Below are positions 19,201 to 30,333 of a stretch of DNA of 64,000 bases, piece after piece (the first letter of the stretch is position 1; each line of letters opens with the position of its first letter). The position numbers and the translations under genes are program-made. The notes under the pieces were generated by a model. The model did not search any database. It saw only the letters and a program-made list of their open reading frames with translations, and had not been told where the DNA came from. This DNA comes from an uncultured Actinomycetes bacterium (GTDB lineage: Bacteria > Actinomycetota > UBA4738 > HRBIN12), in contig CAVSXK010000024.1 in the NCBI GenBank assembly GCA_963731925.1, positions 236,624 through 300,623 of the forward strand, given 5' to 3'.

Positions 19201-19905
19201 CTAGGGATCGACCCCTGCCCGCTCGGCCAGGCGTGCTCGGTCGAGCACCATCACCTGACCGCGTGAAAGCGCGACCGTGCCCCGCTCTTCCTCCTGGCGC
19301 AACACGTGGTTGGCGGTCGGTCGGGTCGTTGCGGCGAAGCTCGCGAGTTCGTCCTGGGTGAGCCGGACCGGCGACGGGGCGTCTTCCAGGGTCGCCATCG
19401 ACAGCAGAGCCCGGAGTACCCGGAGTTCCGCCGGCACGTAGAGCATCTCGACCAACCTCTGCGTGGTGCTCTCGGCCTTCCCGATGATGGTGGCGATGAG
19501 CTCCTCGGCCAGCTCCGGCCGAACGCCGATGGCTGTGCGCAGCTGTTCCCGTTCCACGGTCAGCGTCGCACCGGGGGACAGTGCCGTGACCTCCGTCGTC
19601 CGACGCCGCTGGTTCGAGAAGACCGCGAACTCACCGAACACATCGCCGGGCGCGAGGATGTCGACGATCAGGATCGCTCCCGACGGCGTGGACGACCGGA
19701 TCGCGAATATCCCTTGTCGAACGAGGTGAAGCGAGTCCCCGGGATCGCCTTCGTGAAAGACGATGTCCCCCTTATCGAACGTTCGCTGGTTGGCGACGAC
19801 GCGGCCGGCGTCCACGGCCGCCAGGATGCGCTGGAACAAGTGTTCGCCGCTCGTGTGTGGTCTCCGAGTCTCGGCCTCCGAAGACATGACAGCCAGTTGC
19901 GTCAA
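19201..19905 (-). CDS. Crp/Fnr family transcriptional regulator
   Basis: VFHEGDPGDSLHLVRQG, PGDVFGE and HTH LTQDELASFAATTRPTANHVL. Confidence 0.9.
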   Translation of the reverse strand: MTQLAVMSSEAETRRPHTSGEHLFQRILAAVDAGRVVANQRTFDKGDIVFHEGDPGDSLHLVRQGIFAIRSSTPSGAILIVDILAPGDVFGEFAVFSNQRRRTTEVTALSPGATLTVEREQLRTAIGVRPELAEELIATIIGKAESTTQRLVEMLYVPAELRVLRALLSMATLEDAPSPVRLTQDELASFAATTRPTANHVLRQEEERGTVALSRGQVMVLDRARLAERAGVDP

Positions 19906-20012
19906 TGCTCAACTCCTTCACTCGAACTCGGCAGGACCTCCTGCTACGGACCAGGCAGTCGGCCATTCGGACTACCTGGCAAGACGGCGAACCCTACGCC
20001 GGATGCAACCCC

Positions 20013-20033
20013 CGTGTCAACGCCGTTGACACG
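20013..20033. promoter_or_regulatory. Palindrome CGTGTCAACG-C-CGTTGACACG in the divergent crp/HTH intergenic region
   Basis: Perfect 10-bp inverted repeat (TGTCAA-N5-TTGACA). Confidence 0.55.
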
Positions 20034-20254
20034 TCAAGAGGACCCATCTTGTGCCTGGCATCCTGGGGATTGGTGATTTCTCACCATGTCAAATGTCGGT
20101 TGCGCTTCTGTCCATCTCATTGACATAAGGCTTGCAAGGGAACAGAATGCGGCCCTTCGGAGCCCTTTGGCAGACGGCCTAGCTGCGGCAAGGGAGAAGC
20201 ATTCAACCTTTTCGGCTATACCCTCAGTTCTCCAAAGCCGGGTACGGTGTGTAG

Positions 20255-20581
20255 ATGCGGGTCCTGAAGTTCCCTCGTCGGCTCATCCGGCATCTCGAGA
20301 CGCCGGATCTTCCCCTCGAGGCGCTCCAGTCGATCCGCCGTCTCCGGCGTTACCTCGATGAGCTGGAGGCAGCGTGCATCCTGAAGGCGCGCCAGCTGGG
20401 GGCCTCATCCGCGGACATCGGCGAGGCGCTCGGCATCACGCGACAGGCCGTGTACAACCGGCTGCACGCGCTCGAGCAGCGAGCCGAGACCGACCCGGAG
20501 TTCGCCATCCCCGATCTCGACACCGAGGAGATCCCGGATCTCGAGACGACCGACACCGAGACCCAGCTCGACGCTCGATAG
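20255..20581 (+). CDS. Small HTH DNA-binding protein
   Basis: ARQLGASSADIGEALGITRQAVYNRL. Confidence 0.75.
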   Translation: MRVLKFPRRLIRHLETPDLPLEALQSIRRLRRYLDELEAACILKARQLGASSADIGEALGITRQAVYNRLHALEQRAETDPEFAIPDLDTEEIPDLETTDTETQLDAR

Positions 20582-20593
20582 ACTCGCCCCTTG

Positions 20594-20878
20594 ATGGAGA
20601 TCGCAGCGTTCCAAGACGTCTTGCGACGTACCTACCTCGAGCGCGATTCGGAGCGGGGCGTCGACGGCACGTTCCGGTGGTTGACGGAGGAGGTCGGCGA
20701 GGTCGCGCGCGCGTTGCGCGGCGACGGCGACCTGGTGCACGAGTTCGGCGACGTGCTCGCGTGGTTGGGCTCGCTCGCGAACCTCTCGGGTGTCGACCTC
20801 GAGGAGGCGGCCGCGCGGTACGCGAACGGTTGCCCGAAGTGCGGCGCGATCCCGTGCGGGTGCGCGTTCGTTCGATGA
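20594..20878 (+). CDS. MazG-like nucleotide pyrophosphohydrolase
   Basis: WLTEEVGEVARAL, EFGDVLAWL and C-terminal CPKC..PCGC. Confidence 0.85.
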   Translation: MEIAAFQDVLRRTYLERDSERGVDGTFRWLTEEVGEVARALRGDGDLVHEFGDVLAWLGSLANLSGVDLEEAAARYANGCPKCGAIPCGCAFVR

Positions 20879-22071
20879 CCTCCGAGCTCGTCACGCCGAG
20901 CGACGAGCACCGCGAGGAGATCGTCGGGCTGATGCGCGTCGCGTTCAACCTCGGCTCGGCGGCGTTGGCCGAACGCGCCGCGTGGCTGCCGGTGGAGAAG
21001 ATGCGGTGCGTGCTCGAGGGCGACCGCATCGTCGCGGCGGCCGCGGCGCGCGACTTCCGTCAGTGGTTCGGCGGGCGGGAGCTCGGGATGAGCGGGATCT
21101 GGGGTGTGGTCACGGCTCCCGAACATCGAGGCGGCGGCCTCGCGACGCGCGCGGTCACGGAGCTGCTCGAGGCGGCTCGCGCGAAGGGCCAGCAGCTGAG
21201 CGTCCTGTACCCGGCGACGCAGCGCCCATATAGAGGAATGGGGTACGAGCTCGCCGGGACGATGACGCGGCACGCGGTAGCGCTCGACGACCTGCCGCGG
21301 GGTCCCGCGGGGCCGTTGACGGTCGAGGAGTACGACCCTACGCGAGATCTGGATGGCATTCGCGCGTGCTACCGGGCATCGGTGTCGGGACACCAGGGGC
21401 CGATCGACTCGGACGATCCGGATTGGTGGCCGCAGAAGATCCTCGGGCGATGGTTCAGCGACGACGTGCAGCGGGCGGTGGTGGCGCGAGGCGCTTCGGG
21501 CATCGAGGGGTACGCGTCGTTCACGTTCGGCTCGGATCAGGGTCCGCTCGATTTCGAGTACTCGATCAACTGCCGGCACCTGGTGGCGACGTCGGTGGAG
21601 GGTTGGGCGTCGTTGCTGACGTACCTGCGCGGGTTCCGAGGTCTCGGGCGAACGCTGAAGTTCACGGGCCCTCCGGCGCACCCTGTCGCGTTGCTGGTCG
21701 AGGAGCAGCGCGTTCGGCCTGCGTGGTCGTTCCAATGGATGTTGCGGCTGCTCGACGTTGTCGGGGCCCTCGAGGGACGCGGGTACCCGCCGGTGTCGGG
21801 CGAGATGGTGCTCGCGGTCGAGGACGCGCTGTTCCCCGAGAACCGAGGGCCGTGGCGGGTGGTCGCGGAAGGTGGGGTGGTGTCGGTGTCGCCGGCGGGG
21901 GCTGGTGCCGATCGGGTGCGGCCGATCTCGATCGGAACGCTGTCCTGCCTGTACAGCGGGTTCCTGTCGGCGTACGACGCGGTGGGGCTCGGGTTGGTGG
22001 ACGAGGCGGAAGCGCCTGGGTTGGCTCGGCTGTTCGGCGGGCCGGCGCCGTGGATGCACGATTTCTTCTAG
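20875..22071 (+). CDS. Eis-like GNAT acetyltransferase with SCP2 C-terminus
   Basis: VVTAPEHRGGGLA, LYPATQRPYRGMGYE, WMLRLLDV and terminal HDFF; ATGA overlap with mazG. Confidence 0.88.
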   Translation: MTSELVTPSDEHREEIVGLMRVAFNLGSAALAERAAWLPVEKMRCVLEGDRIVAAAAARDFRQWFGGRELGMSGIWGVVTAPEHRGGGLATRAVTELLEAARAKGQQLSVLYPATQRPYRGMGYELAGTMTRHAVALDDLPRGPAGPLTVEEYDPTRDLDGIRACYRASVSGHQGPIDSDDPDWWPQKILGRWFSDDVQRAVVARGASGIEGYASFTFGSDQGPLDFEYSINCRHLVATSVEGWASLLTYLRGFRGLGRTLKFTGPPAHPVALLVEEQRVRPAWSFQWMLRLLDVVGALEGRGYPPVSGEMVLAVEDALFPENRGPWRVVAEGGVVSVSPAGAGADRVRPISIGTLSCLYSGFLSAYDAVGLGLVDEAEAPGLARLFGGPAPWMHDFF

Positions 22072-22203
22072 GGCTGCCGAGCGGTCGGGACCTGCGAAGC
22101 CGTCCGATACCGAGATCGATATCGCACCGCCTTGCGAGATCGGGCTGCCCTGCCGCTTCCGATGTCGGAAGCCGTAAGCACCGCCGGTCGAACGAGCCGG
22201 TTC

Positions 22204-23233
22204 TCAGCCCGCGAACACGCGCTCGGCGATCTGCACGGCGTTGAGCGCCGCGCCCTTGCGGAGGTTGTCGCCGCAGGCGAACAGCAACAGCTCGTCCTCG
22301 TGCCCCTCCGGCTGGCGGATCCTTCCGACCAACACGTCGTCGATCCCGGCGGCCTCGAGCGGGCTCGGGTAGACATCGTTGGCGGGGTCGTCTCGGAGCT
22401 GGACGCCCTCGGCGCGCGAGAGCAGCTCACGTGCCTCGATCACGGACAGCGGCTGCTGGAACGTCGCGTGCAGGCTCACGCTGTGACCGACCGGGACCGG
22501 CACCCGGACGCAGGTCGCCGAGATGTCGAGCGACGGCAACGACAGGATCCTGCGCCCCTCGCGCTGGACCTTGATCTCCTCGAACGTGAACCCGGTCTCC
22601 TCGTCGAACACGTCGATCTTGGCGACCACGTTGTACGCGATCGTCTTGCCGAACACCTCGCCCACCGGCAGCGCCGCGGGATCGGGGTTCGCGAGGTCGT
22701 CCTCCATGCCGTGGAGCTTCTCGACCTGCTCGGCGAGCTCCCGGACGCCCTTCGCGCCGGCGCCGGAGACCGATTGGTACGAGGACAGGCTCACGCGCCT
22801 TCAGGCCCGCGGCCCGGTGCAGCGGGGCGAGCGCCATCAGGGCGGTGATGATCGTGCAGTTCGGCACGGCGTAGACCTTCGCGCCGCGTTCGAGGGCCTC
22901 GGGGTTCACCTCGGGGATCACGAGCTCGGCCCACGGCTCCATCCGGAACGCGCTCGAGTTGTCCACGCAGATCGTGCCGGCCTCGGCGGCCTGCGGCACC
23001 CACGTCTGAGCGATGGCGCTCCCGCAGCTCGCCAGCGCGAGGTCCGCACCCTCGAGGGCCTCGGGCGAGAGCACGCCGACCGTGTGCTCCCGGTCTCGGA
23101 ACCGCAGCCGCGTGCCCGCCGTTCGCTCCGAGGCGAGCAGCGTCAGCTCGTCGACCGGGAAGTCGCGCTCCTCGAGGATCCCGAGCATCGTCCGACCGAC
23201 CGCTCCGGTGGCACCCACGATCGCGACGCGCAT
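22204..23233 (-). CDS. asd: Aspartate-semialdehyde dehydrogenase (frameshift near 22795)
   Basis: MRVAIVGATGAVG, DNSSAFRM, PEVNP and PNCT in one frame; SYQSVSGAG, TCVRVPV and DNLRKGAALNAVQIAE in another. Confidence 0.92.
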
Positions 23234-23322
23234 GGCGTTCATGGTACCGAGCGCGGCTGGCGTGACCCGCCCCGGCGGGGGTACGTTCGAGGGGTCGCGT
23301 CCCGACGCGCGAGGAGGCTGCG

Positions 23323-23577
23323 ATGGAGGACATGGAGGCGATGGAGGAGCTCGACAAGCGGGCGAGTCACCATCACGAGGCCGCGGAGCACGGTCACAAG
23401 CACTTCCACGTGACGCACTACCTGCATCGCGGCGAGAACTGGGGTCACCTGCTGGCCACCCACGTGCACGAGCACAACCATCCCGAGGTCGAGCACGTGC
23501 ACATGCCGCACGACGACGTCGAGAAGGAGCACCGGCGCGAGGCGCACATCCACGACCACGGCCATCCCACGGGATAG
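23323..23577 (+). CDS. Small histidine-rich protein
   Basis: 84 aa with about 22 His; GAGGAGG RBS. Confidence 0.7.
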   Translation: MEDMEAMEELDKRASHHHEAAEHGHKHFHVTHYLHRGENWGHLLATHVHEHNHPEVEHVHMPHDDVEKEHRREAHIHDHGHPTG

Positions 23578-23622
23578 ATCTGCCTGAGCCGGAGCTCGTC
23601 CGAACCCGTAGCATGCGGAGCC

Positions 23623-24213
23623 GTGACGGACGAGCAGCAGGACGAGCCGCAGGCCCCATCGCCCGAAACCACCCTGCGCTACCGGGGTGAGCTCGTTCGG
23701 CTCGCCGCGATCGAGCCGGAGGCCGATGCCGAGGTCTTCGCGGCCTGGTTCGACGACCCGGTGAGCACGCGGCTCGCGGGGTTCCGGCCGGTCTGGCCCA
23801 TGAACCGGGCGAGCGCCAAGGAGCGGCTCGAGCAGTGGGCGAAGGCGACGCCCGGGACCATCAACTTCGCGGCGCGCACGATCGCCGACGACCGCCTGGT
23901 CGGCGGCATCGGGATCATGGACATCAACCACGCCGACGGGAACGCGCAGCTCGGCCTGTCGATCTACCGGCAGGACGACTGGGGTCATGGCTACGGCCGG
24001 GAGATGATCGTGCTCGCGCTGCGCTACGCGTTCAACGAGCTCAACCTCCATCGCGTGTGGCTCACGACGAGCGCTTTCAACGAGCGCGCGTTGAAGCTGT
24101 ACGAGAAGCTCGGGTTCCGCCACGAGGGGCGCGGCCGCGAGCACCTCCTGCTGGACGGCCGGCGGTGGGACATCGTCTACATGGGGATGCTGCGGGACGA
24201 GTTCGAGGGCTGA
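23623..24213 (+). CDS. RimJ/RimL-type GNAT acetyltransferase
   Basis: WGHGYGRE, FNELNLHRV, NERALKLYEKLGFRHEG. Confidence 0.88.
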   Translation: MTDEQQDEPQAPSPETTLRYRGELVRLAAIEPEADAEVFAAWFDDPVSTRLAGFRPVWPMNRASAKERLEQWAKATPGTINFAARTIADDRLVGGIGIMDINHADGNAQLGLSIYRQDDWGHGYGREMIVLALRYAFNELNLHRVWLTTSAFNERALKLYEKLGFRHEGRGREHLLLDGRRWDIVYMGMLRDEFEG

Positions 24214-24241
24214 GGCCCTTCAGGGGCAGGGCGTCAGTGGC

Positions 24242-24928
24242 TCAGGCGAACTGCCACGAGTCGAGCATGTCGCGGAACACGACGGCGCTCGTGTCGAACC
24301 CGTCCTGCAGGTCGTTCAGCGTGACCCGCCAGCCGACGTTCCCGCTCACGGTGACGACCTCGCGCATCAGGAAGCTGTCCCCGCCCTCGGCGGCGACCGA
24401 GACGTCCCATTGGAGCGCGTCGGCGCCGTCGAGCCTCGCCTCGCTCGCCGGTCCTGGCGTGAGCCCGGCACTCTCGTCGCGCTGCCGGACGAACTCGGAC
24501 CATTGGTCGAGCCCGACCCCCGTTTCGAGATCCACCGCCTCGACGACCACGGTCGCCGAACCCGTCGGCGGGGCGAACTGATCGAGGGTCACGTCGGCCC
24601 CGAACTGCGCGGGTCCGGCCTCCCAGCCCTCGGGCACGACGATGCAGTAGCCGAAGTTCTCCGACTCGAAGTTGGTTCCCCCGCAGGGATCGGGGCGGAG
24701 CAGGACGAAGGCTCCCACCACGACGCCGACGCCGACGATCACGCCGAGCATGACCAGTGGCCGCCACTTCGACGGCTGGGGTGGCTTGCGGATCTCGATC
24801 GGCGGGCGCTCGCCGTGCTCTCGACGCGGCAGGAGCGCGACCGTGCTCGGCTCCAGCGACGAGCCGCACTTCTGGCACAGCGCGCGGCCCTCCTCGTTCA
24901 CCTCCCGGCAGGTCGGGCAGACGACCAC
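24242..24928 (-). CDS. Zinc-ribbon, single-TM membrane protein with PsbP-like external domain
   Basis: CPTC..N...CQKCG, one hydrophobic helix, then YCIVVPEGW. Confidence 0.65.
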   Translation of the reverse strand: MVVCPTCREVNEEGRALCQKCGSSLEPSTVALLPRREHGERPPIEIRKPPQPSKWRPLVMLGVIVGVGVVVGAFVLLRPDPCGGTNFESENFGYCIVVPEGWEAGPAQFGADVTLDQFAPPTGSATVVVEAVDLETGVGLDQWSEFVRQRDESAGLTPGPASEARLDGADALQWDVSVAAEGGDSFLMREVVTVSGNVGWRVTLNDLQDGFDTSAVVFRDMLDSWQFA

Positions 24929-24931
24929 GGC

Positions 24932-26194
<1,263 letters not shown>

Positions 26195-26287
26195 GCGAGG
26201 AGGGTAGCAGTGGGGGTTGGGGCGGCCGGGAGGGTGGGTTGTGCGTGGGCTGGACGGAGGATGGTGCCCCGTCGCTCGAGCGTGGGT

Positions 26288-26337
26288 GTCAGGGTTCTGT
26301 CGATCAACGCCCTGGCCGAATATGACAGAACCCTGAC
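26288..26337. repeat. 14-bp perfect inverted repeat (REP-like or operator)
   Basis: gtcagggttctgtc (26288-26301) ... gacagaaccctgac (26324-26337) in the ask/MarR divergent region. Confidence 0.7.
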
Positions 26338-26394
26338 GGGCACGCTCGGACGAGGCAGCACCACCCGCCGCCCGACATGTCACCAGCTCACGGT

Positions 26395-26877
26395 ATGAAC
26401 ACGTCCGTGGACCGCAACCTCTCGACGGAACCGATCCCCTCGGCTCGTCGGATCATCGACGCTGAGCGCCGGGTGCATCGGATCCTCCGATCACGTTTCG
26501 CAGAGGAGCTCCTCGAGCTCGGCGTCTCCTTCGCGCAGCTCGAGGTCATGGAACTGCTGCACGGCGTCGACAAGCTCCACCCCGGCGAGATCGGACGTCG
26601 ACTCCTCATCACACGTCAGTCGGCCGCTCACCTCGTGCATCAGCTGGAGCGCGGGGGACTCGCCGACACCTGGCCGCTCGAAGGCGGCCAGGTAGGCGTT
26701 CGCCTCACACCCGACGGACGCCGCCGAGCGCGCCTGTGTCATTGGGCACTCGGGCCCACGTTCGACTGCCTCGAGGCCCTCGAACCGGACCTCCGCACGC
26801 GGCTGGTCGACGATCTCGAAGCCTGCGAGCACCTTCTGAGGCCGAGACCCCGACCGTGGTGGCTCGAACCCTTCTGA
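26395..26877 (+). CDS. MarR family winged-helix regulator
   Basis: GVSFAQLEVM, EIGRRLLITRQSAAHLVHQLERGGL, VRLTPDG. Confidence 0.8.
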   Translation: MNTSVDRNLSTEPIPSARRIIDAERRVHRILRSRFAEELLELGVSFAQLEVMELLHGVDKLHPGEIGRRLLITRQSAAHLVHQLERGGLADTWPLEGGQVGVRLTPDGRRRARLCHWALGPTFDCLEALEPDLRTRLVDDLEACEHLLRPRPRPWWLEPF

Positions 26878-26931
26878 GTCGCCGGCGGAGGGTATCGTTT
26901 CGTCGAGCCGAAGCCCGGGAAAGGGGCACCT

Positions 26932-27261
26932 ATGGCCTACGTCATCGCGGAACCGTGCATCGACATCAAGGACAAGGCGTGCGTCGACGAATGCCCCGTG
27001 GACTGCATCTACGAGGGTCCACGGATGCTCTACATCCAGCCGGACGAGTGCGTGGACTGCGACGCCTGCGTGCCGGTCTGCCCCGTCACCGCGATCTTCT
27101 CGGACGAGGACCTCCCCGGCGAGTGGAAGCAGTTCGCGGCCGTCAACGCCGAGTGGTTCTCCGAGGCCGTGACGGGGCTGGTGTCACCCGGCGGAGCGGC
27201 CCAGGTGGGTCCGCAGGCCAAGGACCACCCGGTCGTCGCCGAGTGGCCGGCCGTCGCCTGA
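26932..27261 (+). CDS. fdxA: 7Fe ferredoxin ([3Fe-4S]/[4Fe-4S])
   Basis: MAYVIAEPCIDIKDKACVDECPVDCIYEG...ECVDCDACVPVCP. Confidence 0.92.
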   Translation: MAYVIAEPCIDIKDKACVDECPVDCIYEGPRMLYIQPDECVDCDACVPVCPVTAIFSDEDLPGEWKQFAAVNAEWFSEAVTGLVSPGGAAQVGPQAKDHPVVAEWPAVA

Positions 27262-27288
27262 GACCCGTCGCGGAACCGTAGCTCCGGT

Positions 27289-29383
27289 TCAGGCACCCAG
27301 CGTCCGCCTGAGGAAGTCGAGCTGCACCCGCAGGATGTTCTCGGTCACCGCCGTCGAACGGGTGAGGTGCGTGGCGTTCGGGATCAGCACGAGCTCGTGC
27401 CACTTGCCGGCCTCGAACAGCGCCGCCGACAGGCGGAGCGAGTTCGCGACGAAGACGTTGTCGTCGGCGAGCCCGTGGATCAGCAGCATCGGCCGCGACA
27501 GCGAGGCCGCGTCGAACAGCGGTGAGCTCCGCCGGTAGGCCTCGGGCTCTTGGTCCGGCAGCCCCAGGAACCGCTCCGTATAGAAGGTGTCGTACAGGTG
27601 CTGCTCGGTCACCGGCGCGCCGACCACACCCGCGTGGAACACGTCCGGCCGCCGGAGCAACGCCATCGCCGCGAGCTCCCCGCCGAACGACCACCCGCGG
27701 ATCCCGACGCGACCCAGATCCAGGAACCCGAACCGTTCGGCGGCCGCGTGCAGCCCGTCCACCTGGTCCTCGAGCGTCACCGTGAAGTCGCGATACACCT
27801 CCCGGTCCCACGCCGGGCCCCGCCCGTCGACCCCGCGGCCGTCGACGACGAGCACGGCGAACCCGTTGTCCGCGAACCATTGGGACGTGAGGTGGGCTCC
27901 GGCGGCCTTCAGCACCCGTGCCCCGCTCGGACCCCCGTAGGGGTCCATCAGCACCGGGAGCGGCCCATCGGGCTCGCGCCCGCCGGGGAGCAACAGCGCC
28001 GCGGGCAGCTGGCGCTCGCCGAGCGTGAGGAACCGCGGTCGCGGCTCGACCACGGACACCTCCGACACGTTCTCGATCTCGCCGACCACCTGGCCGCTCC
28101 GCGTCACCGTCGCGACCGACCTCGCCGAGTGCACCGTGGCCGAGGTCCGCACCAGGGCCTGCCCGCCCTCGGCCCCCGAATGCACCCCGGGGTCCTCTGA
28201 TAGCCGCACGGCGCCGCCTTCCGGGGTCCAGCGCCACAGGTGGATCTCGGTCGGGTCCCCGTCGGAGGCTCGGAACAGGACGCCGTCGCCGGCCGAGACC
28301 ACGGCGCGAACCTGCAACCCCGGCGCCGTCACGGACTCGCCCCCGACCGTCAGCCGATAGGTGTCCGTGTCGCGGTCCGCCACCACGTCGACCACACGAG
28401 CGTCCGACAGGCGGACCGGCGCGTCCTCCGGGAGGTCGATCCACTGCGGGTCGGAGCGCTCGACGACGAGCGACGTCCCGCCGGTCGCGGCGTCGGCCTC
28501 GAGCAGCCGGACCGTCCGCTGGTCGCGCGTCTGGACGAGCAGCAGGAACGGCGCCCCCTCGCCCCAATGCACGCGGCTCAGGTACGGGAATGCCTCGTGG
28601 TCCCACGCGACCTCCACGCGCTCGCCGGTCGCGACGTCGAACACCCAGAGCGTGACCACCGCGTTGCTCGAGCCCGCCTGCGGGTAGCGGACAGCTCGCG
28701 GCTCGGCGGCGGGATCCGTCGGGTCGCTGATGTGCCAGACCAGCACGTCGCGTTCGTCGACGTGCGCGGCGGCGAGCTTCGATCCGTCCGGCGACCACCA
28801 GTGGCCGCGGAAACGGTGCATCTCCTCGGCCGCCACGAACTCGGCCAGACCCCAGGACGTGTCGGGGGCTTCGGGCGAGGCCAGCTCGCGCACGCCGCCC
28901 TCGATGTCGCGGACGTACAGGGCACCGTCGACCACGAACGCGATGCGCTCTCCCAGCGGTGTCCAGCCGAGGGTCGTCGACCGGGCCGGGCGCGCTCAGC
29001 TCGCGCGCCGAACCCTCGACGAGGTCCGCGAGGAACATCCGCCCGCCGACCGTGAACACGGCGCGCCGGACGGCGTCGTCGGTCGCGTACGACGTGACGC
29101 CCGACGAGCGCTCGCGGGCGCGTTCGCGCCGGACGCGTTCGGCGTCGGTGAGGTCACGCTCGGCCTCCTCCGCGCCGGGGTCGAACACCAGCCGCTCCTT
29201 CGCCCCCGACACGTCGAACGCCCACAGGCAGCTGACCGGGTCGTCGCCGGTCTTCGTGCGCAGGTAGACGACGCGTTCGCCGTCGGGCGAGACCGTGAAG
29301 GCACGAGGCACGCCCAGCGAAAAGCCGCGGGTTCGGGCGACCTGGCGCGGGAACTCGTCGAGCGGATCGGGCGTCTCGGGCAT
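27289..29383 (-). CDS. S9 family (dipeptidyl-peptidase IV-like) peptidase, frameshift near 28950
   Basis: N-terminal FPRQVARTRGFSLG; AEFVAAEEM, GWSFGG nucleophile, HGLADDNV. Confidence 0.88.
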
Positions 29384-29423
29384 GAGGCGCGAGCCTACCA
29401 ACCGCGTGTCACACATGGACCCG

Positions 29424-29691
29424 TCCAGAGGACAGCTCCAGACTCCTCGACGACCGACACCTCGCTCGCGACACGATCAGAGGCCTCCGCCTGCGCGAAC
29501 AGGGCGTCGAGCCGGAGTCCGAGGTCGAGAAGGCGAGCATCCCGAACGCCTTCGAGCGGGCAGCCGCCGGGTTCGTCGGCGTGATCGCCGCGATCGTGAT
29601 CGGACTCGGCTACCTGCTACCGCTGATCGCGCTCGGGCTCGTCGGGTGGTTGGTGGTGACCCGTGTCCAACGCCGCCGAACGGCCCGCTAG
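29424..29691 (+). pseudogene. Degenerate C-terminal fragment resembling a DUF4349 protein
   Basis: Start-less frame LRLREQG...NAFERAAAGFVGVIAAIVIGLGYLLPLIALGLVGWLVVTRVQRRRTAR*, preceded by frameshifted RGQL..LDD..TSLA..TI remnants. Confidence 0.5.
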
Positions 29692-30332
29692 AACCCCACG
29701 TTCTGCGGGAGCGTCACCACGATGACCGTCCCCACCAGGAGCATGACCCCGCCGAGGATCAACAGGAACAGCTGCGCGCGCAGGGAATCGAACGTCCCCG
29801 CGAGGCCCGAGAAGAACAGGACCGAGGCGAACAGCACCGCCGCGAGGACGAAGTCGTCGCCTACCTCGTTGGACTCGTTCCCGTCCTCGAACAGCGCGGC
29901 GGCCTTGGCCTCGAGCCGCTTCGCCCGCTCCTCGGCTGCGAGGCGGTACTCGGGGAGCTCGAACGGCGTGCCGTCCGGGATCGAGCCCGCGGGCGCCGTG
30001 GCGAGCCACGCGTCGAACGCCGGGAGGAACTCCTTCCGCATCCGGGCGTGGATGTCGTCGGCGAGGGCGTGGTCGCCCGACTGCTCGGCATCCAGCCAGT
30101 TCAGGAACGTGGCCACGTCGATCAGGATCTGGCGGTTCGCCTCGGTCGACGCGCGGACCGATTCGGTGCGGGTCGCCGACGCCGACGTGTAGTCCTCGGC
30201 CTGGTCGCCGCTCCATCGCGTGGCCTGGTACGCGCTCCACGCGGTCACGACCGTCGCGATCGACAGCATGATGGCCGCGATGAGCTCGACGCGGCGGTCG
30301 CGCCGGCGGGTCTCCTGCGTCTGCTCGCTCAC
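29688..30332 (-). CDS. Membrane protein (DUF4337-like)
   Basis: ELIAAIMLSIATVVTAWSAYQATRWSG and two C-terminal TM helices. Confidence 0.7.
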   Translation of the reverse strand: MSEQTQETRRRDRRVELIAAIMLSIATVVTAWSAYQATRWSGDQAEDYTSASATRTESVRASTEANRQILIDVATFLNWLDAEQSGDHALADDIHARMRKEFLPAFDAWLATAPAGSIPDGTPFELPEYRLAAEERAKRLEAKAAALFEDGNESNEVGDDFVLAAVLFASVLFFSGLAGTFDSLRAQLFLLILGGVMLLVGTVIVVTLPQNVGF

Positions 30333-30333
30333 G

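Noticed and set aside
26195-26394. Lysine riboswitch or leader peptide upstream of ask
   Set aside because: No L-box consensus or Lys/Thr-rich leader; only an inverted repeat
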